From Ylistrum balloti (Eukaryota), in contig NW_026782247.1 of NCBI RefSeq assembly GCF_031769215.1, forward strand, positions 2,666,001 to 2,730,000: a stretch of 64,000 nucleotides of DNA, given 5' to 3'. The position numbers and the translations under genes are program-made. Positions 10,941 to 23,145 of this stretch are shown here, piece by piece. Positions within the stretch are counted from its first letter, which is position 1. The number at the start of each line of letters is the position of its first letter. The notes beneath the pieces were generated by a model that made no database searches, was not told the DNA's origin, and worked only from the letters and a program-made list of their open reading frames with translations.

Positions 10941-13881
10941 TTAAAGTTCTTTCTTCAAAAAATCTTTATACGCTGATAACGCCTGTTTTCCCTTACCCAA
11001 GACAAATCTTGATGAAAAGAACCCGTGCTGAACTCCAGTAAAATGTTGATAGGAAACGCGAATACCAAGGTTTTGGAGACGCTTGACAAGAATCATACCG
11101 TCGTTTAAAAGTGGGTCATACTGACAAGTAAACACTAGCATCTTCGGGAGTTTCCGTAAATCTTCGTCAGTCGATAATAATGGCGACAGAAACTGATTAG
11201 ATACAATAGCCTCTACATCTTTAGCAAGACTTTCGTTAAAATTTAATCTGTCATTAATCTGCTTGGCGCCAACATTTCCCCGAATGAACGAATTATCCAC
11301 ATAATGTCTGATGTTTTTCCACGACTCAGGCGACATATGTCTGTTATTAAAAAATTCTGTTATGTGTTCCTCATTGCCGAAGGCATAATTAAGCCATGCA
11401 GAAATCATGATCTGCTTCTTAAGTAAGAAAGGTCCTTCTGTGTAGGCGAGGTAGGAAGGCAAGTTGAAGTCAACCATCTGTAATGCAGGGTATACTAGTG
11501 ACAAGGTACGTAAAGATGGTAGAGTTGTGTCCCTTGACTGTGAAAGTTTCACCGCTACTGCCATAGCAAGATTTCCCCCTGCACTATCACCTAAACACAA
11601 GATAAATACATTTGTCGAATAAAAAGTGTGAATAAGTTATCTTCCTGTGGTGAATATCTACTATTCCTCTCATCATAACTGGTTACTGATTCGTCATCTT
11701 AAGAAGTAATTGGTTTTTCTTTTTTATACATGTGAAAAGAAATATTTGTCAATGAAACAATTTCTGTGTATGGAATTACACATTTCATCATTAATACAAT
11801 TGTTAGTTAATTCATTGAAGTTATCTCTCTGATCCAACTAAACTGTACCTCCAATTCCGATTCTACTTGGATCCACTCCGTAGTCTTTAGCGTTTCTAAG
11901 GAAATGAGTTGTAGCATTTAGGCAATCTTGTAGTGGAATAGGAAACGGATGTTCCGGGGTCAGTCGGTAACTATGGAAACATAACTTGTTATGTAAATAA
12001 AATCGATCAAAATCGCATCAGCGTTCGTATTATAGCCACCATAATTGTTGTCATAGTAGCGAATGAACAAACGTTTAAGATTATTTATATGTAGACATTA
12101 AAATTTTGCTGTAAATTTAATGTTAGCGATGTACCCTTTAACAGCCATGCCTTAAAAGCCAAGTCATTTACATTCGGCTAGCTCTCTCCCATCAAACCTC
12201 GCTTTTACATGTACGTTTCATGAAAAACATTTGAAATTGAAATTTGTATTTTATTCGATATAATTACATCAACGTCATCTATAAGTGATTAGATAATGGT
12301 AGTATCACAAGCAGGCACAATCTTGGACCAGTCAAGGCGAGATGTTTGAGATTCAAAACAAATAGTACTTACTCTACTGACACAACTACTGCCTTCACAG
12401 ACCTGGCAATATCCCGTGTCTTCCTGTCGTATATATCTGTAGGTTTGTAAAACGTCCTCAATCATATTTATCTTGTAATGAACAACACGAACAAGGAATT
12501 GAACAGAAGATCAGACAGTGAGAACAGAATTTATATATATCTGGAATATAATGACATATCTTGTGCTGTATCTCCATGATTTCTGTCGCGGAATTAACCA
12601 CCATTATCTTTACTACATCATTCTCACCAAGACAGCTGTACTACACGAAACACTTTCAAATCCAACATTTCTGTGTATGCATATCTAACGTAGTAAAATG
12701 ATACAAAAAGAGTTCACACACCTGTAACATATATGCTACAATACTAGCGTACCGAGACAGGCGAGAACATTATGCTATATAATAGACTATTTGATGTGTT
12801 TGTGAGGATTACTTCTAATAAGTCAAGTCTGCCAGTGTTAAGTATTTTAAACAATGATACATACTGACGTTGCCCAAATACCATCCGCCACCATGTATGT
12901 ACACAAAGCCAGTACGATCTCGGTTGGAATCTTTTGGAATATAGAGTCTCACTTTTACACCTCCAAATAAGGGCTCCGTTACCTGTAAGGAAATAGACTT
13001 ACAGAGATGACGTTACATTAGCCACGGTCTGTACGGGATAAGTATGTCTGAACGTACGTCCTTAACCAAAGGAAGCTGCAATATACCTACTCTTAACAAT
13101 CTGTTTGAAATATTCCGAATATTATTTTCTCTGACGAAAGAATATGTTCTGTACAATTTGCTTTTTCTGTTTCTCTGTTGTCCTTCATTGAAAGCCTAAA
13201 ACTTCTTTATCAGACCAATCAACCTTAGATTGATTCTCCTCCCTTCAATGTGAACTGAACTGAACTAGCATGTATTCTATCAATACTCTTCCAAACTTTT
13301 CCTACCTCCAAATCCTCGTCACTCAGTTCTCGATCTGTAGTCAAGAATTGTGAAAACCATCTTCTGCAGTGGACAGAGGACGAGTAACCAATGTTTTCTT
13401 CAAAGGCACACTGCATGGTAAATAAATGAAAGCGGGCTGAATATTAAATCTCACGCCAATAGATACAAGTCAAGCGATGTCACTACTCCCTTTTATCACC
13501 ATTATCACACAAGGTTTGTACACAACTGACAGAAGTATCTTCATTTAACTACTAATTTGAATATTTCCTCACCCAAAATTGATGTGGAAAAATGTCATTG
13601 CAGAGCCTCATTTCTGTACGTTGTAAAAGACATATTTTCGTAATAAATATAGGAATGATAACTGTAATCAACGCTTGAATCCATCACATGAAAACGCTAT
13701 AACGATGGTAATAATTCGATATGGTTTCACCCCTTACCACATGGTTAACGATCCGTATCGGGACCATAGACAACATCATTTTCCACGGTTCGTCAGCATC
13801 AGCGGGGAAAGGATAATATACATAATAAGCCACGCCCACCAGCAGTACTGCCGACAATTTCAAAACGTTCTGCACGCGCAT
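10941..13881 (-). CDS. Arylacetamide deacetylase / neutral cholesterol ester hydrolase-like GDXG lipase; complement(join(10941..11590,11849..11970,12373..12436,12865..12982,13306..13410,13738..13881)), 400 aa
   Basis: Six GT-AG exons with consistent phases sum to 1203 nt. The protein has an N-terminal signal-anchor, YIHGGGW oxyanion motif, VSV(D)YRLTPEHPFP, the GDSAGGN nucleophile elbow, catalytic Asp (QYDPLLNDG) and His (HGFF). AADAC versus NCEH1 orthology cannot be resolved by eye. Confidence 0.93.
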
Positions 13882-14405
13882 GTCGTGATTTGAGTACAGA
13901 TCTACAAATAACAATGTTAACAAAACAGCTCATTTTAATACACTATTTCAGGTGACCTTACGGTAAAATTAAATCATCCTCGACAGAGTCTATAAATTGA
14001 CCATCGCTTAGTGTAAATGTACTTTGTCTCTTCAGATCTCACATATTATGAAGCATATTGACAGACCTTGTTTCAGTACCAAGATCGAAAGTCGAAACAT
14101 ATTTAATGTTGTCACGCTAGTTCACACTAAGTAAGGGAGATAACTCGATGTTTGTATTGACTGATAGTAGAATGTGATCACATACACAAACGTACAGATA
14201 AAGTATAGCGAATATAACTAAACTAACAGACACTTACGTATAACCTGGACATAGAATCGCAATGGTTTACATTTTATATAAAGTTCTGTATATACCTGGT
14301 ACGAAAACACTTCTTTCTGTTAACTGTAGTGTATGAAGCTCCGGAATCTTGCCCTTCGAAAGTGTATAGCATGTTCGATAAAGGTCAAAGGATACAAATC
14401 TACCC

Positions 14406-14408
<3 letters not shown>

Positions 14409-14448
<40 letters not shown>
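14409..14448. repeat. (TG)20 microsatellite
   Basis: Perfect dinucleotide run about 530 bp upstream of the lipase start codon. Confidence 0.98.
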
Positions 14449-14450
<2 letters not shown>

Positions 14451-14855
14451 TTGATATCACAGTGACTAAGGCCATAAACTATAACGATGATATCTATGAT
14501 AACTCTCGTCTTAGATAACATTCCAGCAAGGTTATCATACTTTCCGACGATGGTACAAACGTCCTACTACATCCGTCACAACAGACAATGGAAATAGTAA
14601 CGAATTACTGGTAACGAAAAATGTGGCAGAGACGAAACAGATACAATTTGCTGATATTGAAATTATATATTTGCAAACATAATCGTTTTCCAATAATTCC
14701 GAGGAACAAAGGGGGAACAATTCACAAAATAAAATAAGAAAAAAAAATGCGAATTTGTGGTTTATCAGGTCTCAACATCAGACAGGAAATCTTAGGATAA
14801 TGATGACCTTAAAAACAGCAATCTGTGTTATATTTTACAGGCAATCTTCCACTTC

Positions 14856-15750
14856 ATGGCAATGTTAGGTACTTGTATGGCAATGTTAGGTAATTATATG
14901 GCAATGTTGGATACTTATATGGCAATGTTAGGTACTTATATGACAGTGTTAGGTACTTATATGGCAATGTTAGGTACTTATAGGGCAGTGTTAGATACTT
15001 ATATAGCAATGTTATGTACTTATATAGCAATGCTATGTACTTATATGGCAATGTTATGTACTTATATAGCAATGTTAGGTACTTATATAGCAATGTTAGG
15101 TACTTATAGGGCAATGTTAGGTACTTATATAGCAATGTTAGGTACTTATAGGGCAATGTTAGGTACTTGTAGGGCAGTGTTAGATACTTATATAGCAATG
15201 TTATGTACTTATATAGCAATGCTATGTACTTATATGGCAATGTTATGTACTTATATAGCAATGTTAGGTACTTATAGGGCAATGTTAGGTACTTATATAG
15301 CAATGTTATGTACTTATATGGCAATGTTAGGTACTTATATGGTAATGTTAGGTACTTATATGGCAATGTTATGTACTTATATGACAATGTTAGGTACTTA
15401 TATGGTAATGTTAGGTACTTATATAGCAATGTTAGGTACTTATATAGCAATGTTAGGTACTTATATAGCAATGTTAGGTACTTATATGGCAATGTTAGGT
15501 ACTTATATAGCAATGTTAGGTACTTATATGGTAATGTTAGGTACTTATATGGCAATGTTAGGTACTTATATAGCAATGTTAGGTACTTATATAGCAATGT
15601 TAGGTACTTATATAGCAAATGTTATAGGCAATGTTAGGTACTTATTATATGGTACTTATATAGTAATGTTAGGTACTTATATAGCAATGTTAGGTACTTA
15701 TATGGTAATGTTAGGTACTTATATGGCAATGTTAAGTACTTATATGCACT
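14856..15750. repeat. 21-bp minisatellite (about 42 units), ATGGCAATGTTAGGTACTTAT
   Basis: The 21-bp period produces spurious 7-aa-periodic ORFs on both strands (MAMLGTY / YKYLTLP). Confidence 0.97.
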
Positions 15751-16401
15751 TGCTGTCAGATCATCGCTTATTACCATACCCTGGCGATAACGACCAAGTG
15801 TTGCTGAGTAGACACTCAAAAGGGTTTCTGTTTTAAAAATATTTTGCCTGTATTGGTGAACAACCGTCGTAAAACTTGTATAAAGTATGTCGTTATGAAT
15901 CATTACTTGGCAAACACAAAAAAAACCCCCAAAAAAACAAAAAAACAAAAGACACAAAAAATACACAAAAAGCAACGAAAAATTTTACAGGAATTCAAGT
16001 TGTCAACAGAAAACAGGAAAAGCCTTTTAGAACAGCAGTGACGAAATACGTGATAATCGCCATTGAATCTCAGAATCCTATTTAACGTTACTTTGATAAA
16101 TGATAATTCAAGTATGTAGTAAATTAAAGAAGTTGTATTGTCCACTTTACCTTATGTGTATCTACAGAAGCGTCTTTTACAGAAAAGGCAAATAAACTTT
16201 CTATGACGCTGCTGAACATTAAGTAAATGCATGGTGACGGTTTGGATGGATATAAAACAAATCGAAAACATCTCAACGTGATTTTATTTACAAAACATAT
16301 GGCATTGTTTGTGTTATAAACACTATCAAATAAAATGCACTATGACACGATACCGTTCAGCCATGTATAAAAACGCCGCGCACAGAGTCACTCACTTAGT
16401 A

Positions 16402-16637
16402 ATAAATAAATAATAAAAACTTTATTTATTTTACAACAATTGCGAAACAAGTTATTCCAACTTATACTAATCACTCTTGTTGGCCCAGATGTAAGCGCGC
16501 GAGGGGTCTTATTGTAGGTGGAAACCGGAGCACTCGGGGAAAACCCACGTGGTCGGGCAGGTGACCCTTACCTTTTCACATCCATTCTGTGAATCGAACC
16601 CCGATCGGCTAGGTGAAAGGCGAGTGCGTCACCCGAC
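16402..16637 (-). mobile_element. tRNA-derived V-SINE-like retroposon with a 13-bp target-site duplication
   Basis: The reverse complement carries the V-domain-like CCACGTGGGTTTTCCCCGAGTGCTCCGGTTTCCACC and an AT-rich simple-repeat tail. It is flanked by the direct repeat CACTCACTTAGTA at 16389-16401 and 16638-16650. Confidence 0.85.
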
Positions 16638-17774
16638 CACTCACTTAGTATATTACATACTTCTGATAAAAATGAAGCGAGTCAGTATAATTGTATATTC
16701 TCAATGAATCCCAAAGATTTTACAAGTCCTAACAAAAGAAATGATGTATATTTTTCTGTATTTTGGTGGAATATTTAAGTATAACGAAAAAAATACCATA
16801 TTGATTAATTATCGTTTTTACTGTAGACGTACTTTCAAACCCAATTATGATTGGACGTGTATTCATGTTTATTCTGGTGTCTATATTTCAATGTTACAAA
16901 TATCAACCATGTTTCGTCATGTTCTTTCTTCTCTTTTCAGCAACACGTGAATGTCTGATTGAGTAATAGTCATCTGTGTTAATTTTAGGTCGACTTTTTA
17001 AAGAAGAACGAATTAAGTACGAATGGTCAGGTGGCAAAAATTTCCAAACGTTTGGTCTGGTGCCAATGTTAGTGCTATCATGTACGGGGATAGGACCGGG
17101 ACGATATGACACACGAAACACGGACTGCCAAAGTTTAGTGTACGTCGGTTTATTATAAGCAGTGAAGGTCTGAAAAGTACAGAAATAAGACAGAATTACA
17201 GTATGTTTACAATGGGAATAATCGTAAAAATAAACGGAAACCACCTGATTTGACTTGGGACGAATCGACCTGACTACGACTAGCAAAATTCCAATCAACA
17301 AAATACAGCGAGAAACTCACTGTCATGTAATAAATCTTACTAAACTACACAGCGAGAATGGTGTCTGTTACGTTCGATCACTAATCAAATCAATAATTCA
17401 ACGATCTCATAAAAAAAAACTTACATTATGGTCTCTCTAACTCACGGAGAGTTTGGGTCTCCAATATTGCAAAACGCATAACAAATGTATACACATTGAG
17501 TTCCACAAGGGGAAGTAACTACTACTGAATAACTATAGGTCACGCGTAAGTATGGTTAGCATACCATAGTTTTTGTAAATATAACTACTTGTAACAGGAC
17601 TGTCGCCTTTATCTTACTGCTTTTTTCTTTAATAACAGGCATTTTCTGCTACTTCTAGGGGGAATTATTTTCCAACAAACGTCACTTTAATTAAACTGTC
17701 GAGTGATACTTGAATGATAAGAAATAAAGATATAAAAATGTTAAATTTAGATTTGATATTACAAGCGAATAATG

Positions 17775-18015
17775 ATAAACTTTATTTATTTTACAACAAT
17801 TGTGAAACAAAATTTTCCAACTTGTATTAATCACTCTTGTTGGCCCGGGTGGAAGCGCGCGAGGGGTCTTACTGTGGGAGTAAAAAGACGTACTCGAAGA
17901 AAGCCCACATGTTCGGGAAGGTGGCCCTATACCTTTTCACGTCCGTTCTCGGGAATCTAACCTCGGACGGCTGGGTGAAAGGCGAGTGTGTTACAACGGC
18001 ACCAACCGCCAACCA
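17775..18015 (-). mobile_element. V-SINE-like retroposon, copy 2
   Basis: Aligns by eye with 16402-16637 and 25932-26165 (AATCACTCTTGTTGGC, GGTGAAAGGCGAGTG). Confidence 0.8.
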
Positions 18016-19555
18016 TATTAGGAGCTTCGAAGTATATTCCATCCACACAGAGATTAAATACTTTATTTAACATTGTTTAACTCTTGAATTTCGTGTGATA
18101 GAAAATAGTCAAGAATAATTTTCATCATTGAACAAGAGAGTGTCACTGTGCTTCAAACTTTTTAATGTTAAATAAAGCCTTTTTACGAGATCAAGAAACA
18201 ATCTTAAATAAGTTTTTATCAGGTTCTAAAAATCAAGTCAGTCGCAAAGCCATATTCCCGTAAATCATATCTGCCAATCCAATGACAATTCATGAAAACT
18301 TTGTTGATCCTACCCAAAACTTCCGGGGTCCTAGCCAATAACCCACCAACAGTATAACGTCAATTAGAAATCTACAATCATCCTATTTATCGCTGCACTT
18401 TACCACTGAAGGTCAGCTAGTGTTGATACGATGCATCAACAGATCACGTCTCAGACATTACAGCCAATCTGTTTTCTATCGAAGAAAATCATAATTCCAG
18501 TCAAGCATGACTTTGACATGTCAATGTATGGGACCATATAGATCGTTCATGTTTGTAATTACGATGTTAAGATGTATATCCAAAATATAAAGTATGTAAG
18601 ATGTAGTATCATAATAAGATTTATTTCTTCATGATGTTGTTTTATCTTAAAACACATTCTCCAAAAGGTATTTACATTTTTTATCTACCTTCTTTAGATC
18701 ACATGTATTCGCCGATATTGTTTTATATAATACTCGAGTAAGCGACCCCATATTCTTGTTAACGTTTCATAATTTCATATGCTGATTCTATGTTGTCACA
18801 GTTTTATAGATGAATGGAAAAAATTCAAACTGTAATATGATATGAAAGGCAATAAGATGTTATTGCGAGACTTGCTGTTCGGTCTACCTTTTCTAGTGAC
18901 ATTTTCTTCTATATTTATATACCTTTGCTGTCGTTTTCTGTGTTTCGTGTTTGTGTTCAGTATAATTAATTTCATGGTATAAAGAGATCAGGGTATCAAA
19001 GTAGACATCTTCGCGTTTAAGAACAAAAGGATTTATCAAATCTAGTGTCCTCGGCGTGTTGATGTAAGAAAGGTACTAAGGGCTTTCCTTGATATCTAGT
19101 TGTCCCTATCAGCCTTTAGTTAAATAAAAGTTAGTAGGCGCTCCTAAAAACTGCCACTTTTTCCCGAAGAGAGTTCCTGCTAAAAAGTATAATTAATTTG
19201 GGTAGCACAGTTCAACATTACACATATACCTCTCTATTGTGTCCCCTTAGGTCTAAACGACATGGCCTCGGACAAAAACCCTTTATATTGATCACTACTC
19301 CGTTCGACATCAGTATCAGCTCTGTACACTGCAGACGTATTTTATAGACAATGTCACATTTATCAAACAAAACTCAGAATCTGTAACTAAAAAATGATAG
19401 TCATGATGTTTTGTGACGATGAAGACTTTTTAACCGATTTCACAAAAACCTGAATTTCAAATAAACACGCGTTCAGTGCATTTGACAACCACAATAGCAG
19501 AGCTAATATTGTAAAAGGAGCGGGTCGGCGTGGCTTGTACATAGTATTAAATACG

Positions 19556-19629
19556 GTCTCTGTCACTCAGCTGACATAGCATGCTGGCTTATCACGCCGG
19601 AGACCCGGGTTCGATTCCTGGTCGGGGCA
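19556..19629 (+). pseudogene. tRNA-Asp-like pseudogene or SINE head with ATC anticodon
   Basis: Anticodon stem CTGGC/GCCGG around loop TTATCAC, and T-arm CCGGG-TTCGATT-CCTGG similar to tRNA-Asp. The acceptor stem is imperfect (several G-T pairs and one mismatch) and the D-arm is degenerate. Confidence 0.65.
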
Positions 19630-20479
19630 CTCGACAGGAATGTGTATTTCCCGTTATTCTACAATATCACTGGCTTTAGAGGATCTATTCCAACATGAGA
19701 AAACAGCATCTACCATGTAGTTTATTGTGTCTGAACTGCAGTAAGACTTAAGTTAATCCATCAACCGATTTCTGAAAGACAGATACACGTTGTCCTCACT
19801 CATGGTCATCAGGTGTGTCCTCGTGATCGTCAGATATTCCTAAAGAACGATAAGGTATCAATTGTACCCAGACATTACGAACGGCAAATATCAATTTGTT
19901 TTGGTCCGATATATATAACCTGAGTGTACGGGTCATATGAAATAGTCACTGCCTAAATGCGAGCAATATGATAAAAAATGCACATTTAAAACGACGAATC
20001 GATGAATTCACTGAAGCGTATTTTGTTTTTTTTATTTTTGTTTGTTATCATTTTGTTTGTTTTTTGTTTTTCGTTTTTTGTTTTTTGTTTATTTTTTCAA
20101 TCTTACTTAAATTGTGCAAGATTTTAACAAAACACACGGCGACATATCCACATATAGCAATGTTTGACGTCATCAACTTCTTTTCCTTCTGGACACCGTT
20201 GCATCATCTTCATTATCATCACAAGGTTGGTCGGGTGGCGCACTGGTTACACACTATCTTCCACTTCGATTGTCTGAACGGATACGTATATCAGGTGTGA
20301 GTAGTATTAATTAAATTGCTTATCAAGGTAGGATTCCGCGAACTGTCCAACCTTTTATCACTTGTATTGTGATAAGCTTCCTTGCCGATTGGAAGCGAGA
20401 ATGTACTAATCTCGACAAAGTGGCACTTGAACAGGCCATTCTAAGCAAGGACATACCCACCCCTAGAGGGTCCAGTATG

Positions 20480-21215
20480 TTACAACGTGCTATTTTAGGG
20501 TTTTATTATTTATTTGCATTTAGATTTTTTCAGTAAACAAAAGTTATGCATGGCTTAACTACCAGAAAGTCTAGGGAGAGTGCTGGGATTAGTATTGGTG
20601 TTTTTTTTTAATCTTGGAGAAAGGTTCGATAGTACTGAAATGGTATTTTGACAAAAGATTTAAGTTCATCTTACCAATGAACGAATCAAATTGATATGTC
20701 AAGTGTACGTCGTTTCGACAAAGTTATTTTTAGGTTTTGATTTTTATTATTTATTTGCATTTAGATTTTTTCTGGTACGGTTTGTTAATCTTACAAAAGT
20801 TGGAGATGTAAAGATTTAAATATTCATATGTTACAGGAAAAGTCTATTGTTTTAGTAATGGTGCTGGGATTAGTATTGGTCTTTTTTTTTAATCTTGGAG
20901 AAAGGTTCTCTCTTCCTGAAATTCTCTTTGACAAAAGATTTAAGTTCTCTCTCCAATGAACTCTCAAATTCTCTCCGTCAAGTGTATGTCTCTCTCGTTT
21001 CGACAAAGTTATTTTTAGGTCTCTCTCTCTTGATTTGTCTCTCTCTCTCTCTTTTCTCTTCATTAGAAGGTCTTCAACTCTCTCCTTTCTTACACTTCTC
21101 TCCTCCTCTCCTCTACGGTTTGTTAATCTTATAAATGGTTGGAGATTTCGGTAAAGATTTAAATATTCATATGTTACAGGAAGTAATGAACCCTTCTATT
21201 GTTTTAGTAATGGTG
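20480..21215. repeat. Degenerate tandem repeat of about 240-290-bp units (about 2.5 copies); the last copy is infiltrated by CT runs
   Basis: GTGCTGGGATTAGTATTGGT at 20580 and 20861; TTATTATTTATTTGCATTTAGATTTTTT at about 20503 and 20744; AAGATTTAAATATTCATATGTTACAGGAA occurs twice. Confidence 0.75.
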
Positions 21216-21905
21216 ACTGACTCTCCTCCTCTCCCTCCTTCCTCTCCTCCTCTTCCTCCTTCCTCTCCTCCTCTCCCTCCTGCCTCTCCTTCTCTTCCTC
21301 CTTGCTGTCCTCTCCCTCCCCTCCTCCTTCTCTCTCTCTCTCCTCTCCTCCTCCTCTTTCCTGTCCTCCTCTTCTTCTCTCCTCCTCTTTCTCTCCTTCC
21401 TTCCTCTCCTCTCTCTTCTCTCCCTCCNNNNNNNNNNNNNNNNNNNNNNNNNNNNNNNNNNNNNNNNNNNNNNNNNNNNNNNNNNNNNNNNNNNNNNNNN
21501 NNNNNNNNNNNNNNNNNNNNNNNNNNNNNNNNNNNNNNNNNNNNNNNNNNNNNNNNNNNNNNNNNNNNTCTTCCTCCTTGCTGTCCTCTCCCGCCTTCCT
21601 CCCTCCTCTTCCTCCTTCCTGTCCTCCTCTTCCTCCTTCCTCTCCTCCTCTTTCTCCTTCTTCTTCTCCTCTTCCTCTTCCTCTTTCTCCTTCATCTCCT
21701 CTTCCACTTTCTCCTCCTTCCTCCTGCCCTCCTCTCTTCCTCTCCTCCTTGCTGTCCTCTCCCGCCTTCCCCCCTCCTCTTCCTCCTTCCTGTCCTCCTC
21801 TTTCTCCTTCCTCTTCTCCTCTTCCTCTTTCCTCTCCTCCACTTTCTCTTTCATCTCCTCCTCTCCCTCCGTCTTCTCCTTTTCTCCCTCCTTCCTCTCC
21901 TAACT
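21216..21905. repeat. Polypyrimidine (CT-rich) low-complexity tract flanking an assembly gap
   Basis: The + strand is almost pure C/T, and CCTTGCTGTCCTCTCCC recurs at about 21299, 21577 and 21748. Confidence 0.9.
21428..21568. other. Assembly gap (141 N)
   Basis: Run of n characters. Confidence 1.
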
Positions 21906-22794
21906 TTCCGTCTTATCCTGGGCTGTCTTTCTTAATAGTAACACGATCAACTGAAAGAAAGAAAATGGCACCTTCATTAATGCATATCAGGTACATATCG
22001 TGAAATGAAGCGTGGTAACGGAAACAATATTATGTCAAGATTGTAAGGAAAAATAATAAAAATAGCACCCTCATCAATACATGTCAGGAAAATTAATTCT
22101 TATCTTCAAATGAATCCGGGGTAACAATATAGTAAAACGAAAACAATATGATGTCACGTGATTGTTGAAAAATTCTTCAGATTTATTGTAGCAACTGAGT
22201 CAGATAGGCTACAGAGAAAGAACTCTTTTATTGTCATTATCACTCTTAGTTCGAAATCAGTGAAATAGGAATGTTATAAAACAAGGATAAGTTATGCCGT
22301 AATGGTAAAATAATCACCGCTTTATTATCACCTCCATAATAAATGGTTTTAGTAGTTCCAATAACTGAAGGTACACTTTGACGATCGAGGATTAAATGAA
22401 GTTTACAGCGATTTAATGTGTAATGACAATATCATCAAAGGAAAAGCATTTCATTGGCAAGCTGCTCCTGTATTAGCCTTCAAAGCATATTCACTGGGCA
22501 TTCTCTTCTCAATGGGAGACGTGACATCACCGATGAAATTCTGATAGCAATTGAGGAACAGATTCTACATGCTTCTATAAAAACGTATCTTTGACGTAAT
22601 TTATTTTAGTTTGATTTATGTGATTTTACAAAGTCAGAAGGTAGTTTGAAGGAAAACAAATATTTTTTTGTTGGTGAACGTCAGTGAGGACAACAAAATT
22701 AGGACTGCATAGAGTACTCCCAGAGTGTATAGACTAAAAAGTGTGATTGGATATTTTTGTTCTAAACATTATTGATAACTATTCAGTTGTCAAT

Positions 22795-23145
22795 ATGATA
22801 CAAGTTCGGAACACCGTATTCATTATTGTGTTATCGACATACATCTTGAATATTCCTCAAACGATCTGTTTTGACCAGCCTGGGTTTTTCACGTCGGCCT
22901 TCTCGTCGCGTGATGGAGTCGTCGAGGATATTTACAGCGCACAAATATTATCAAGTGTGTCGGGGGTGCGATCCTCCCTCAATTGTGCCAGTTTGTGTCG
23001 GGGCTGTTCTTCGTTCTCCTATAACAGAGAAACAGGTATATGTACCACATACAGTGACCAGTTGTGTGCAACACAAAATGGAAGCATCTCGGACGTTAAA
23101 GTCTATTTCAACAGGATAAAAATTAGTGGAAAGCGTGGTATGTAA
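22795..23145 (+). CDS. Secreted PAN/Apple-domain protein (116 aa if single exon; may splice onward from a phase-1 donor at 23138)
   Basis: Signal-peptide-like N-terminus (MIQVRNTVFIIVLSTYILNIPQTIC) followed by the PAN core SSLNCASLCRGCSSFSYNRETGICTTY (CxxxC..CxSFxY....C). Confidence 0.7.
   Translation: MIQVRNTVFIIVLSTYILNIPQTICFDQPGFFTSAFSSRDGVVEDIYSAQILSSVSGVRSSLNCASLCRGCSSFSYNRETGICTTYSDQLCATQNGSISDVKVYFNRIKISGKRGM

Noticed and set aside
10941-10955. C-terminal KKEL of the lipase as an ER-retention signal
   Set aside because: It aligns with the ordinary amphipathic last helix of AADAC-family enzymes, which are already anchored at the N-terminus; there is no evidence that it is a special signal.
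14461-14690. Protein-looking fragments (DDIYDNSRLR; RRWYKRPTTSVTTDNGNSNELL)
   Set aside because: Short, bounded by stops, with no convincing splice chain or recognisable family.
14854-15836. Long ORFs of 254, 326 and 109 aa with 7-aa periodicity
   Set aside because: They are translations of a 21-bp minisatellite that is open on both strands, with no splice or homology support.
21135-22003. Pro/Leu/Ser-rich and Glu/Lys/Arg-rich ORFs spanning the gap
   Set aside because: Low-complexity CT tract plus Ns; the absence of stops is compositional.
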